Assembly: GCA_964016885.1 (NCBI GenBank)
Contig: OZ024742.1
Span: 45,322,001 to 45,386,000, forward strand
DNA length: 64,000 bases
DNA from: Eledone cirrhosa
Taxonomy: Eukaryota
Reading direction: 5' to 3'
Part shown: piece by piece, positions 49,875 to 63,167 of the stretch
How the letters are laid out: every line of letters starts with the position of its first letter
Numbering within the stretch: position 1 is the first letter of the stretch
The notes under the pieces: model-generated
Told to the model about the DNA's origin: nothing
Seen by the model: the letters and a program-made list of their open reading frames with translations, nothing else
The model's database searches: none
Program-made: the position numbers and the translations under genes

Positions 49875-52135
49875 TCGTTATGCTAGCAGAGGACTTCAAT
49901 GGTCATGTTGGACAGCTCCAGGATGGATACACTGGGGTACATGGTGGGCACAGTTACGGTTCAAGAAATGAAGAAGGGGTGAGACTTCTTGAATTTTGTG
50001 ATGCAAATGCAATAACCATTTGCAACACTAACTTCCAGAAACCTGCCAACCACCTAATAACCTACAAATCAGGCAAGCACATAAGCCAGATTGACTTCTT
50101 GCTAGTTAGGCAGCGGGACAGGCAGATGGTGTCAAATACAAAGGCATACCCCGGGGAAGAAAGTACCCCACAGCATAGGTTAGTCGTTAGTGATATCTCA
50201 GTAAGCAAGAGACGGAATGAGACATACAGGAAGGTGTGGAGAAGAAAGGTCTGGAAGCTAAAAGACCTTTCACTAAAATATAAATTTAGGAAAGCCCTTC
50301 AAGATGTGTATGACAAAAAAGAAGACGATTTAGAGTCGTATGTCATAGATGATAACTGGAATTTCTTACATGACAACTTACTGCAGTCTACTGAAGGAAC
50401 TTGTGGCTGGAGCAGTGCTCCAACCAGACAGAGAGTGACCTGGTGGTGGAACAGCACAGTAGATAGGGCCATTAGAGACAATGGCAGTGTGTCAGTGCAA
50501 ATCAGGATGTTGTTGGAGATAAATGTGCCCGGAATGATGCTGGTCTACTTAGTATCACGAATGATCAGAAAAAGGAGGCCTGGAAATGTCATTATGAGAG
50601 ACTGATGAAGGCATTAGGGGACGTTGTCACTAAACTGGTTGCACGCATCACCAATCATGCTATATATGGCGGTGTCATACCCAAAGACTGGTGCAGCAGT
50701 ATTCTCATAAATTGCTACAAAGGTAAAGTGGATGCTCTGGAGAGGAGCAACTATAGGGGCATAAAACTGATGGATCAGGTTATGAAAGTGGCAGAAAGGA
50801 TATTAGCGCAACTAATTAGAGAAAGGGTCAAACTAGATGAGATGCAGTTTGTTTTGTGCCTGGAAAAAGTACAACAGATGCCCTCTTCTTAGTGAGACAA
50901 TTACAAGAGAGATTCTTACAGAAGAATAAGCCACTATACTTAGCTTTTGTTGACCTAGAGAAGGCCTTTGATAGGGTACCCCGATCTGTTATCTGGTGGT
51001 CCCTAAGGAAACTAGGTGTTGAGGAATGGCTTGTGAAGACAGTGAAAACTTTGTACAGAGGTGCTGTCAGTAAAGTGAGGGTAGGAATGGAGTTTAGTGA
51101 GGAATTCCAGATAAAAAGTAGGAGTACATCAGGGTTCGGTCCTCAGCCCGCTCTTGTTCATAATAGTCCTCCAAGCCATAACAGAGGAGTTTAAGACTGG
51201 CTGTCCATGGGAACTTCTCTATGCTGACGATCTGGTTCTTATAGCAGAATCAGTAGAGGAGCTAGAGAATAAATTCTGGCTCTGGAAACAGCAGTTGGAA
51301 ACAAGAGGACTGAGAATGAACCTAGCTAAGACAAAAGTGGTGAGTAGAAAAGACAAAACTCTGATTCCGTCAGAGAAATGGCCATGTTCGATATGCAGAA
51401 AAGGAACTGGCATAAATTCTATAAAATGTACATGATGCAGATCTTGGGTACACAAGAGAAGTAGTGGGATAGCAGGCAAACTAACAGGTAGGGAGAAATA
51501 TGCATGCAATTGATGTACAGGGAAATTTGACAATAGAAGTCGCATTGATAGACACATTTTTCAAATGCAGATGGGTGCTATAAAAGTGGTTGATAGCTTC
51601 TGGTACCTAGGTGATCAGATTAGCATGGAAGGGAGGTATTCCGAGGCCATAGTATCTAGAATAAGGACGGGCTGGAAGAAGTTTAAGGAGCTGCTTCTTC
51701 TGCTGACGAGGAAGGGTTTCTCCCTGCATACGAAAGACCGGTTATATGATGCATGGTAGTGAGACATGGGCAGCAACTGCAGAGGATATGCGACGGCTGG
51801 AGAGAAATGAGGCAAGCATGCTCCGTTGGATGTGCAATGTCAATGTGCGTGAACGATCGAGCATGGATGTGTTGAGAGAGAAACTGTGTCTGAGAGGGAT
51901 AAATTGTAGTGTGTGGGAGAGGAGACTGCGATGGTATGGAAATGCCAAGAAATGCCAGTTGAAGGAAGACGTAGTAGAGGAAGACCACGAAAAAAATGGG
52001 CGGAGGTGGTGAGAGCAAACCTCAGATCGCTGAAGCTCACAGTGGAGATGACGAAGGACCGTACAAGTGGAGAGATGCTGTGCTGAATAGGAACTGTCCC
52101 ACCCTTGCAAGCAGGGAAAAGCGGACGTAAAATGA
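49875..52135 (+). mobile_element. RTE family B, 5'-truncated with internal deletions
   Basis: EDFNGHVG, PQHRLVV, FVDLEKAFD, YADD; tail cccacccttgcaagcagggaaaagcggacgtaaaatga. Confidence 0.92.
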
Positions 52136-53253
52136 CGTGGTGGTGGTCGTGGTCGTCGTCGTCGTCATCATTTAATGTCCATTTTTGTATGTTAGCCTGG
52201 GTTAGAAGAGTTATCCTGTTGTGATACGAGTCAGATCAGATGAACGTGTGCATTGCTCATACAGAAGTGTTTCTAGCTTGGTTTCTATAGTTTGATGCCC
52301 TTCCTAACACCAACCACATTTACAGTGTGTTGGGTGCTTTTTGTTGTTACCAAAATTACCACTTTACAGTGTGTACTGGGTGCATTTTATCATGACACTT
52401 ACACAACCACTTCACAGTGAGGACTGCATGCTTTATGTTGTGACACCAAAATCACCAGTGTGTGGGCTGGGCGCATAGTGTCATGGCACTAAAATGAATG
52501 CCTTACTATGTGGGCTGGGTGCATGTATGTAGTGTGGGGATTTGAGAGGTAGGTCTAGGGTGGGGCACTTAGCTAGTGAAGTGTGGAGTTAGGTGAGAGG
52601 TGTATGGAAGGGAGTGGGAGGGGAAAGTGGTGCATATTAGTTGTATGCACCAACCTGTGCACATGGGTCTTCTGCATTACTACATAATGCCAGAGGTCTC
52701 AAACCTGAGTCATCGCGAGGGGCAATTATGCAAGGTCAACTTTTATCACTCCATCAAATGCCACCCTAGGTCTTCCTACTCCATAGTTTGAGCACCCTGC
52801 ATCTTTTTATGCAGTGTCCTTCTTCATATGCCTCATATCCATACCAATCTCCTCTCCTGCACACTGCACCCTCTTACAGTTCATATCACTATTACACATT
52901 CAATGGAGCATGCCAACTATATATATAGTGATCAATAGTGAAACATATGTAATATGTTATGATGCAACACTGAATCCTTGTTCCTTTAGTGTATGTATAT
53001 ATATATATATATATACACACAAGTAAATAATCGAGAATCAGAATCTCAGCCCACGAAATAATGATAAACAATCTTCGACATGTGTGACAGAAGGCTCAAT
53101 AGCTTGGATGAACCAGAGCTATAACTATCGTTAAAATACCAATACATAGAGACGATGCCTAGAATCATTCGCACAGCTGAAAAAAAAAAAAACGACCAGG
53201 AAAATTCGGGTCACTCAAATAATAAATTAATAAATTAAATGAATGTAAAAACT

Positions 53254-53396
53254 CACCCGGACCCGCTAGAAGGATGTTAAATTCTAGCTTTTGGGGTTTC
53301 TGCAGTTCCTTAATCAATTACTGTCAGCCCACATAAAAAAATATATCTGACTTCTAGTAAAGAGATGAACGTGGAAAACTGCTTTCTCAGCGGATG
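53254..53396 (-). ncRNA. Degenerate hammerhead with long stems II and III, in a (TA)n-flanked insert (53020-53400)
   Basis: Reverse complement CATCCG CTGAGAA aGCAGTT..AACTGCa GAAACCC..(gctagaa/ttctagc)..GGGTC CGGGTG; C3/A8 mismatch. Confidence 0.55.
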
Positions 53397-54377
53397 TATA
53401 TATATATATATATATATACACTTCCATATCTATTCTAAAAGTTTTCATGTGACCATAAAATTTGAAGTTTAGGATTTGTTTTGGGTTGGTAAATAAATAT
53501 TTCCTCTTTAATCTGTTGTCATGCTGATCAATGGATTGGCAAAAATCGGCAGGGCATCAAACAAAAAGCTTTGCAGTTTTTGTCTAACCCCAGATCAGCC
53601 ATAATTAAGCAGACATACCATCAAAGACCTTCCAGCCATGACCATTCCGTCTGTTTTCTATGTGCAGTGAACCCAGGACAATTTTACCTAACATGTTCTT
53701 TTCTAAGATGGTAGAATGAGATTTGAGGGAAATTTAGCTATTACTTCTAGCAGGAGCTCCATGTAGAGACTTCCTTATTGTTGTATTTAGTTATGGTACT
53801 TTATATTCTAAATTCAATTCCTACCAGAGTCAACTTTGCCTTTCATTCTTCCAGGGTTCAAAAGAAAAGAATACAGGTTCTGTAGGTTGTCTCCATACCT
53901 TGCCTTTCTCCATCATATCAGTTCCATTGACAAAAATATGTTCCCAGGATTCACTGAATAGGGAATCCATTGACACGAACATAAAACTTATGCCTGGCAT
54001 CTATGACGGACTAAATATTGGACAAATGGAATTCCCATGTGTCAGTAGAAGGTTATTCTCTACTAAGCAGAGCAGGAAGATCACCAGCACCACCGGGGGG
54101 GGGGGGGGGGGTAAATAGGCTGTATGAGGATTGCTGAATGAACAGTAGCACATTGCTGCAACATATAAGACATTGTCAAACCACAGTGCCAAGGACATCC
54201 ATGCTGTTGAAGAATTTGTACCGACTCTTGATACCAGACACTGCAAGCTGAACTTGCTGCAAGTGCAAAAGAGAAATGAAAGATATTGGATGGAAAAATA
54301 GTCTAGAAATTGAATGTGCTGAGAGGGAAGAGCATTTTGGAACACAAGCTAGCTACATTTTAAGTCAATCATCATTA

Positions 54378-54707
54378 AGTTTTCATTTTATGTCCGCTTT
54401 TCCCTGCTTGCAAGGGTGGGACAGGAACTGATTCTGGCTTGATTTCTACAGCTGGATGCCCTTCCTAACACCAACCTCATTTACAGTGAGTGCTGGGTGC
54501 TTTTTTGCCGTGGCACCTCCACGACCACTTTGCAATGGAATGATAGGGACTGGGGTCCCTATCATCTCATTTCTACAGCTGAGTAAACTGGAGCAATGTG
54601 AAATAAAGTGTCTTGCTCAAGGAAACAACACATCACCCAGTCTGAGAATTGAACTCACAACCTTTCGATTGCAAGGCCAATGCTCTAACCACTAAGCCAT
54701 GTGCCTC
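54378..54707 (-). mobile_element. tRNA-derived SINE family 1
   Basis: Full head, body and tail. Confidence 0.9.
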
Positions 54708-54714
54708 ATTGTTT

Positions 54715-55670
54715 ATAGAATCTGCAGGGATACTAATGGAGTAAAACATCTCAGAAATCCAAACGTCAGCTTGGTATGGATAACATCTGGTGGAAAAAAA
54801 GGGGATAATAATTTAAAAAAAAAAAAAAATAAATAAAAATAAAAAAAAAATAAAAACATGAAACTTGCCTCAGCATTTGAAAACCAATGGCTAGAAATGT
54901 TTTGGAGAGACTTCAAAGCAACATAGTACCCTCAGCAAAGAATTAAAGAATCAGAAGAAGACATTATTTCAGAGAACCCTCCCAGTTCACCAGGAAACTA
55001 TTTGAACAGCCAAAATCGGGAACACTCACAGAAGATAAAGAAGCTCTTGAGTAACATCTTAGAGAAACAGCTTGAAATTCAGGTTCTGGTGTGATCTGTT
55101 CTGCCAGGGGGATTGTTCAATGACAAGTCACAAATACTGGGTGAAGTAAGGAAAGTGGTTAAGAAAGCTAAGGCCAAACAATACCCTACCTATTTGTACT
55201 AGAAACGACCCAATGTCCTTGAGTGGATCCAGAAATTAAGGTCAACAGAGTAACTTGAATATCAGTGATCAATGAATGAGATGTAATGGGAGTAGACATT
55301 CCAAACAAGCAAAATCAAGTGACAAATTCAGACCAATATCGCTTCTGAATATTGAAGGGAAAATCTGTTATGCCAGCAAGGTTGACTAAATACCTCACAG
55401 AGAATAAGTACATGGATATGTCTGTCTGGAAGAAAGTTATCCCAGGAGAGACTGGCTGTGTAGAGAATGCCTCAATGATGTGATGTGAGGCAATCCAAAG
55501 ACCTAGAGTAGAAAAATGGAACATTTATGTGGTGTGGATCAATCTAGCAAATGCTATGTTTTAGTGGAATACAAGATGACCTAACTGGCTCCCAAGATGT
55601 ACCATGTTCCAAAGAATATCTGAAAAATGGTGAAAAAAAAATTTTCATGGCATCTCAATGTGATCACCAC
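54715..55670 (+). mobile_element. Highly decayed R2/NeSL(Hero)-like RT fragment
   Basis: GCVENASMM..EAIQ..VVWINLANA resembles the RT segment GC.EH..W..IQ..VVWLDLANA. Confidence 0.45.
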
Positions 55671-56347
55671 CAGAATTTTACCCATTTTATTTCATCTACT
55701 TCAGAAGGATGGCAGTCGAAGTTGACCTGAGAGAGGCTTGAACTCAGAATGCAAAGGTACACAAATACAGCAAGGTACCGTGTCACTACCAATTTTGAAA
55801 ATCTGAATATATTAATTGCATAGAAAATTTTTGTTGATCTTGGAGTTATTTAGTCCATGTAGTCCAATGATCAAATGTGATCCAGCCATGACTTTCACAT
55901 CTTTCTCCTTAAATGCCTCACCGTGACACCACAAAAAGTTCAAGATAAAAAACATGCTTGGCTTTAAAAAGTTATGTAAAATTTAGAAAAATTGCCCCTT
56001 GTGCCCATTGTTCAAAATAACTGCTGTGTTTGAAATTGCAACCAAATCTACCTCAAATTGTATCTATCATCTTATAAAAAAAAAAATAAATAAATAAAAA
56101 AAAATAAAAGATACATTGGATTATGTTATCTTAAATTTACTGCTTAAATAAAACAAATAGAATGGTTATGAATGGAACTCCTTTCACCATATGTCTGCTG
56201 AACTAAGAATAAACAACTTTAGTTATGTGGGAGGCTAGTAATACTGTAACAACAAAATTGTCCTGAAAACAGATTGATTCTCAGAAGACTGATGGATCTG
56301 TGGTCATTTACTTGTAGTAGCAACAAAATCTTTCACCCTAAATTTAA

Positions 56348-56561
56348 CCCTTTAACATTTACATTACTCAATATTTACTATTATATTCTCACAGTAAAGG
56401 CTGAATCTCTCATAATTATCTTACATATCAAATCTATGAGATTTTGATATTGTTTATTTTGAGAACAATAACTTAACAGCAGTATGAGTGGCTAGTTGTG
56501 GCTGGTTTGAACAAAAAGAGGAGAGAATTCTGGCCGGATATGGCCAGTTTAAACGCTAAAG

Positions 56562-56563
<2 letters not shown>
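56348..56563. mobile_element. piggyBac-type MITE
   Basis: TTAA|CCCTTTAAC ... GCTAAAGGG|TTAA. Confidence 0.85.
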
Positions 56564-56594
<31 letters not shown>

Positions 56595-56619
56595 CACTCA
56601 ATACATGTGTGCGAGGTGT

Positions 56620-56654
<35 letters not shown>

Positions 56655-56663
<9 letters not shown>

Positions 56664-57540
56664 GAAATACAGATACATGCGGACAAATACATATACATGA
56701 ATTTGTGGTGCCAACCTCAACCGTTGTTGCTCTATGAATAACTGGGACAAAATAATACGGATGGATGAGTTTGATTCAGTATCAGAGCTATATAATACAT
56801 TATAAAGAATGAAGAAACATTAGATATAATTAATAAGATATACCATACCTAAATTCCGGGATATATGTGGATGCCACGAAACTACGTAGTCAAGGAGTAA
56901 TGAGGAAATTTGGGGATGGTATATCTTATTAATTATATGTAATGTTTCTTCTTTCTTTATAATGTATTATATAGCTCTGATACTGAATCAATCTAATCCA
57001 TTTGGATTATTGTGTCCCAGTTAGTCATAGAGCAACAACGGTTGAGGTTGGCACCACAAATTCAGGGATATATGTGGATATATTCATGTATGTGTCCGCA
57101 TGTATCTGTATTTCTATATATTGTTTATAACTCCCTATAGTAGAGTAACCACTGAAGTGTAGTGACTGCTGGATAGCTATCATTACTCATACTTCTCGCC
57201 ACCTCTTCTACAGCTTTGATATAAGTACCCCCGCCGCCTTTGTGATATTTTTTTTCTTGGTTGTAAGAGGCTTAGCTCAGTTTCTTGACCGCTGTATCAC
57301 ATAATTGACTCCCCGCCTTTCGGGATTCTATCTCGCGTCCTACGGATGTGTTTTGAAACTCTAAATGAGGTATCCTCTTGATAAGTCGGCAAACCTCACA
57401 AAAATACTGTACCTCTGTGATGTAGTGTTTTTGCATAATATGCCACGAAACTACGTAGTCGAGGAGTAATGAGGGAATTTAGGTATGGTATATCTTATTA
57501 ATTTTATCTAATGTTTCTTTTCTTTATAATGTATTATATA
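56655..57540. mobile_element. PLE-type complex insert (inverted and tandem pLTR pieces)
   Basis: 56663-56850 is inverted to 56915-57115; 56871-56972 is directly repeated at 57440-57540. Confidence 0.8.
57373..57465 (+). ncRNA. Type I hammerhead, U3-A8 variant, long stem II
   Basis: TCCTC TTGATAA GT(C)GGCA..TGCCAC GAA ACTACGTAGT C GAGGA. Confidence 0.8.
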
Positions 57541-58485
57541 CACACACACACACACACGTTGCAGTTATTTTTTTAATTGCATGCAATAAAAGTCAGAAGG
57601 GTTGAGGTAAACACCTGCATAAACTTACTATAAAAGCAGGTATTAAATTAACATTGTCCTCATTCTTAGTGTGGACTTTGAAAAATGAAGTTTATCTTAA
57701 TTTTTTTAAATAAAAGAAATATAAAAAAAACCCACATTATTTATGGGATGTTCCAATATATAGATTTGGGAATAAATCGAAGACAGGGAGAACTTAGGCA
57801 ATACTTAACATAAAAGCACGCACACATAATAGCCAACTTTAACAGACAATTTCAACCAAACACAATTCAATTCAGAATAGCTAAACTATCCAATTTCAGC
57901 TTGACACATTTGCATAGAAAAAATTTGACAAAAATAAACAAAAGCACAATATTTGACAGGAATACACATAACATACACATCAGTCCACAGGCAATGTCAC
58001 TTGCCCATCACTTCCGGCAGCTATAATTAGATTACCACTTACAAAGGAAGATGGCGAGCCAATAACAGCACAATCTTCGATATAGTTTCTGATGGGTTTT
58101 TAGATGCAAAATATTAGGACAGGTAACTAAAGTAACAGGTGACAGACCAACATCTTTGCTGGCTTCAATTTTGCATTTTCATAGCCTTCAAATAACACTA
58201 TACACTAACAAGGCTTCATGTAAACTACAACACCCACATATATAATATATATATATATATATAATACAGTATTTACGTATCGAGAGAGAAAAAAAAAGGG
58301 GGAGGATAGGTGATACATATAGTTATTTGCCAAGTAGCGTATGCCAAAGGTGCTCGATACTAGTGCCGGTAGTATTAAATATTCGAAGTGTTAATATTTA
58401 GTGGGCTAGAGAATTAGCAGAGCGTAAGCTCGTGGAAAAGTAAGAAATCGGAGAATAGACTGTTAAAACATGTTTATTTAAAACA

Positions 58486-58525
58486 GCACCTACGTACCTT
58501 TCGCCCGGTTGGGCTTCTCAAGGGC
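58486..58525 (-). ncRNA. Minimal hammerhead, U3-A8 variant, in the PLE 3' pLTR
   Basis: Reverse complement GCCC TTGAGAA GCCC-aacc-GGGC GAAA G-GTAC-G TA GGTGC; one stem III mismatch. Confidence 0.6.
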
Positions 58526-59210
58526 ATAAATAATCAAAAGTGTTCCTTACATTGCTCGGAAAGAGTTTTTGGGGTTAAATCTACGTCAAGGTTCATTGCT
58601 CGCAAAAATAGCTTGTTTTGATTTTGCAGCAGGTCAAGGGAGGCAACTCTGGCCGGTGTTAGGGCAGTCTTTCCCGGACAAATTTTTTATCCGCTACGAG
58701 ATGAGGTTACAACCTTACCATTGTCGATACGCATGTAATCAACGCTTATTTTGAGAGTTTTTTAGCTGCATCTGTTTGTCTGAGGCTGGGATGCAAGGAT
58801 AGTTTCCTGGGTATTAAGACTTGTTGCAGGGAGATCCGGTGCACGGTTTCACTCCTCATCCTTAACCCATCTGAAGGATATTTTTAAGCGATGTGTACAA
58901 CTTATCGCTGTTTCAGCTCTGCTGTTGAGCTCATGGGGGTGCAGTTATGATATGGTAGAGCTCCATGAGGCAAAGATCACATTTCCTCTTGAAGTTGTAC
59001 GGTGCAGCCCTTCCGACAATATCCCAGTGCGTGGAGAAGCTGATGTTTAAGTCCTTTAGTGATATGATGTAGTCCGCGAGCGAAGTGGAGTGTCTTAGTT
59101 TTTTTTATTTGTGAAAGAGTGGAGAGGTGTTCGAAACCTAATTTTGAACGGGCCGGAGGTAGCCCCTATATAGTGTTTAACGCTATTGTGGCTAGTTATA
59201 GTGCATCTAT

Positions 59211-59466
59211 CATCATCATCATCATCATCGTTTAACGTCCATGTTCCACGCTTGCATGGGTTTGGACGGGGGTAGTCCCACTTGAGGCAAGAGTGATTGT
59301 CTTGCTCGCATAGGACTGTCTGGCAGGTTTTCTACAGTTGGATGCCCTTCCTAACACCAACCACATTTACAGTGTGGGTCTGGGAGGTTTTTACCGTGTT
59401 GCCTACACGGCCACATTACAGCGTGGACTGTGTTTTTTTGTCGTGACACCTACACGATCTCATTTG
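59211..59466 (-). mobile_element. RTE-A 3' UTR insertion into the PLE endonuclease
   Basis: Matches 3847-4100. Confidence 0.88.
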
Positions 59467-61563
59467 TTATATAACCATATCAGTCAAGCAGTATCCTCTA
59501 AGGGGGCAGCGTCCTCTGTCGCGGTTCCGTCTATTTCCTACGGTAAGGCTATCATTGTTGCTGCCTACGTTGTTACCCACGCGACCGCAGCTGTCGTTAG
59601 CACAATTACAACCCACAGCACGCGGGGTGGTGCGATTGTTATTCCGCACGTCATGTCCTGCATGTTCCCCAGTCATTTCGCGGTTATGCTGGTTGCATCT
59701 GCGGATGCCGTTGCCAACACTATTGGATGCTGCCAGGGAGTCGTTAAGGCCGATATAGTTATTGTCAGGTGTAGGTGCGTCTGTGTCGAGGTGCTGTGTC
59801 TTGGAAATCTTACTGTGGTTCGTTGTTCCTATGATGTCTGCTAGGTTAGGAGTAGTAGAGAAGGATATTTTTATATTGTTCCTATTAAGAATTTCTATAC
59901 CTATGGTTGGGCGGGAAGTTCTTCTCTAAGGCTTCGAAGAACATCCGAGGTATGTTGGAGCCCACACTCCGAGAGTAGAGGGGGGAGGGGGGACCATAGG
60001 ACGTTACGGTGGCGATTACGTGTCCTTGTACGTTTGCTACGGGTGGTTCCATCCAGGTGACCGCTCTTATGTGCGTTAGTGCGCAGTCGCCCGTTCAGTG
60101 CCCTTTTCACTTTATGCTCAGGTGCACTCACCTACCTCTTCCATATTTATGTACACGAAGATGTTGGTTGGAAGGCGTTGGTAGTAGGCTGTCGCCTTTG
60201 TTGGTTTTGTAATAGGGGAATAGTTCGAGTAATCTACAGTGGTCACCGTCGCCGTGATCTTTAGTGTGGTTATCTATTCTATTATATCCGACTTCAACGA
60301 GGTTGCCGCGTGATCGGTTATAGGTATGGCTTACTATAACGTTCATTTTTAATAGGGGGGGCTTCTAGAGCTAGCGTTAGGGATGTAGGAAATTCCTCGG
60401 TTAAAGCCGGCGCTTATCAAAGCCCTATTGTAGTAATCTGCCGCTTGGTTGAAGATATCCTCATTGACGGATAGTCTCGAGATTCTATGTGAGATACTAT
60501 AGACTATGGTGTTGAGAGTCTGCTTAGGGTGGTTGGAGGCATAATTAATATGAGAGGCACTCTCCAGGTTTATGGTATGGCTTGTATAAGCCCGTACTCA
60601 ACTCCAGGGTCACGTCCAGGAAGTTGACAACCTTGTGGTTGAGGTCCATAGTTACGTATAGGCCGTATGACTTGAAGAACCTGTGTATATGTTTAAGGTT
60701 CTCTATCCTACAGGGGGCTATGGTTCCTAACTGTAAACAGGGCGTCGTCCATATATACACCTTGTAGGGCCGGTATCTCTTCCCTAAGCTTATGTAGGAG
60801 GTATATCCCGACCAGGTCAGTTGCTTGAGCTGAGTCACTGGACCCCATCGTGACATCAAAGTTATCAGGACGGTTGGTTCTGGTCCAGTGGGAGCCTTCG
60901 AACTGGATAATGGTTCTACGCGCCGCTAGAACTATGTCAATTTCTTTTTTAGTGAGGCTCGTTTTAGATTTAGCTAAGATAAGTGCCTTATTTAAGAGTA
61001 TGGGGGAGATAGAGGCGTAGTAACTACCTATGTCAAACTGGATGAACTGCAGGGTGGCTTTATCTGGCAACTCGGTGAACCAATTTATGACCTGGTCGGT
61101 GTTGCCCCAGAGGCAGACCTTAGCCTTTCTATTAAGCTCCAGTAGTACTCTGTCGAGGATCACTTTACTAATCTTACCTATATCTGATGTAGAGGGGGCA
61201 TATTAGTCTAATAGAGGGGCTTTCATTAAAGTCATATTTGTGATCCTTGAGAGAATTTAGGCGTCAGAGGGACGTACGGGTTAGTGTACTTTTCTATTTC
61301 TAAGCTGGTGACTATATCCTTCCCTACTCTATGTCATTTAGGGTACTAGAGGGTACTGGGCTTCTTTACAGTTTCTGTATATTAAAGTCACTCAGCCCAA
61401 GGTACTATGCAGTAATACCAAAACAGTATCTTGTATGTAAGGCCCCTAGCATGGTAGATCTAATCTCAAATTTGAAAGCAAAATCAATTAAATTCAAATA
61501 TAAATCTTGTTTATACAAACAACATTTTTGTATAATTTGGGATTACTTTTTTTTAAAAAAAAA

Positions 61564-61569
61564 TTTATT
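61564..61569 (-). promoter_or_regulatory. Candidate PDIA3 polyadenylation signal
   Basis: AATAAA on - about 270 nt after the stop. Confidence 0.4.
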
Positions 61570-61839
61570 AGCAAAAATTAAGTATACAATAACATTGTAT
61601 GAGTTGTTCAGATATTTTCCTGTCATTCATAAATTTTAAAGGAGCATTTTAATGAAAATTTACATCCTCATACCAGTGAATGGTATTACAGAAGGACCGA
61701 GTCAAAACAAAAAGAACAGATGAAAACAGAAGACCCTAGGATGAAGTTTAAGTGTTTGGAAGTATTAAATGAATTAAAGAAATTGAAGGTAAGTGATATA
61801 AATAAGAAAAATAAAATATATTTAAATGAAAAAGAAAAT

Positions 61840-61959
61840 CTACAATTCTTTCTTTGTTTTTTTCGTCTTCTTTTTTCCACCTGATCTGTTGTATCCTTGC
61901 AATTCGGTGGTGGCTTCTTTAGCTAAATATTTCACAAAATCATCAACTTCACGGCCACC
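61840..61959 (-). CDS. PDIA3: Protein disulfide-isomerase A3 (ERp57/ERp60), last exon
   Basis: ttgttttgtag| GGREVDDFVKYLAKEATTELQGYNRSGGKKKTKKTKKEL*; recognisable ERp57/ERp60 C-terminus with basic tail and KDEL-like end. Confidence 0.9.
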   Translation of the reverse strand, partial: GGREVDDFVKYLAKEATTELQGYNRSGGKKKTKKTKKEL

Positions 61960-62641
61960 CTACAAAACAAGTTTTAATGAAAAAAAATCATGAATAAAAA
62001 CTACAGGATTAAAGAAGTATGTTAAAGACAACTATTACTTTAAAATACAAAATGACCACCATACTTATCCAGGATATTCTTATGTTTTGAGACCATGAAT
62101 CTGCACCTAGAAAATTCCTCTAACCCTTTAGCATTAAACACTATATTTACTATTGTATTTTCATGGTAAACACTTTATCTCACATAATATCAAAACTGAG
62201 ATTTTTATATTAATTTTGAGAACAATACCTTAACATAAAAATGAGCAAACAGTTATGGCCAGTTTGAACAGGTGAGAGAATTCTGGCTTGATATGGCCAG
62301 TTTAAATGCTAAATTGCACAGATTGAACAATTTATAAATGGAAGACCAGCAGTTACCAAATCCATGCCATCTCTCTCCACACCACAGGTGTTGCCCAAGA
62401 GAAAGTCAATGGCTGATACAACTCGGCACCAGCAACATAGCAGGTGAAATCACAACAGGGTTGAAAGAGATAGGGTATCTCAGTGTTCAAACAATTCCAG
62501 TTCAATGCTCAGGAATGTTATCTTAATCCTGAAAGGATGAACAACAAAATTCACCTCTGTAGGATTTAAACAGCCCAGAAAACCAGAATAAATACTGTGA
62601 GAATCAATTTGATGTAACAACTCCACTAAACTCATACTTAC

Positions 62642-62699
62642 ATTATATTTTCGAGGAGCATCCTTTGAGTCTTTAGGAGAGAAGTAAATGGTTGGAAAA
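62642..62699 (-). CDS. PDIA3: PDIA3 penultimate exon
   Basis: tttcttttgtag| (G)FPTIYFSPKDSKDAPRKYN |gtaagt, 58 nt, phase 2/0, joins the last exon in frame. Confidence 0.9.
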
Positions 62700-63167
62700 C
62701 TACAAAAGAAAAAAAATGATGAATGATGAATTAAGAGCAAAACAACTTTCACACATTTCAGATATCAAACTATGAAATCCTGTAGCAAAACTATATCTAT
62801 TTGATATCAACACACATGCCTCTAGTCTAACAAGTGTCCCAGGAAAATCACCACCACACCTGAGGCTTATCAATTATTCAGGACATGTTTTGTGAGACCA
62901 TGAAGCTGCACCTAGAAAATTCCTCTCTAAAGCACAGACTGAGCAACTTCTGAATGGAAGATCCACAGTTGCCAAATCCATGCCATCTTTCCTTTCCACA
63001 CCACAGGTGTTGTCCAAGGGAAAGTCAATGGCTGATACAGCTTGACTATATACCTATTTTATATAAACTCAAATTCAATTGAAAATTTAGTGTGTAGGAT
63101 TGTTCTTTAAAATCCTGTACTACAGTTTTGTTACTTATCCCAGCTAATTATTTGCTAATAAACTCGA

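Larger units (their letters stand above)
58265..61385 (-). mobile_element. Penelope-like element, 5'-truncated, RT plus C-terminal GIY-YIG
   Basis: LKDHK..RLICP..IGKISKVILD, FDIGSYYASI, MGSSD, YMDD, NFLDVTL, CPLRGYCL..VI, HYIG, CDLCLMEL..LNSRAE..CTHR; frameshifted; pLTR-like 3' region ends at (TA)n. Confidence 0.9.

Noticed and set aside
59338-60264. Plus-strand Val/Ala-rich ORFs
   Set aside because: Antisense shadows of the PLE linker and the RTE tail
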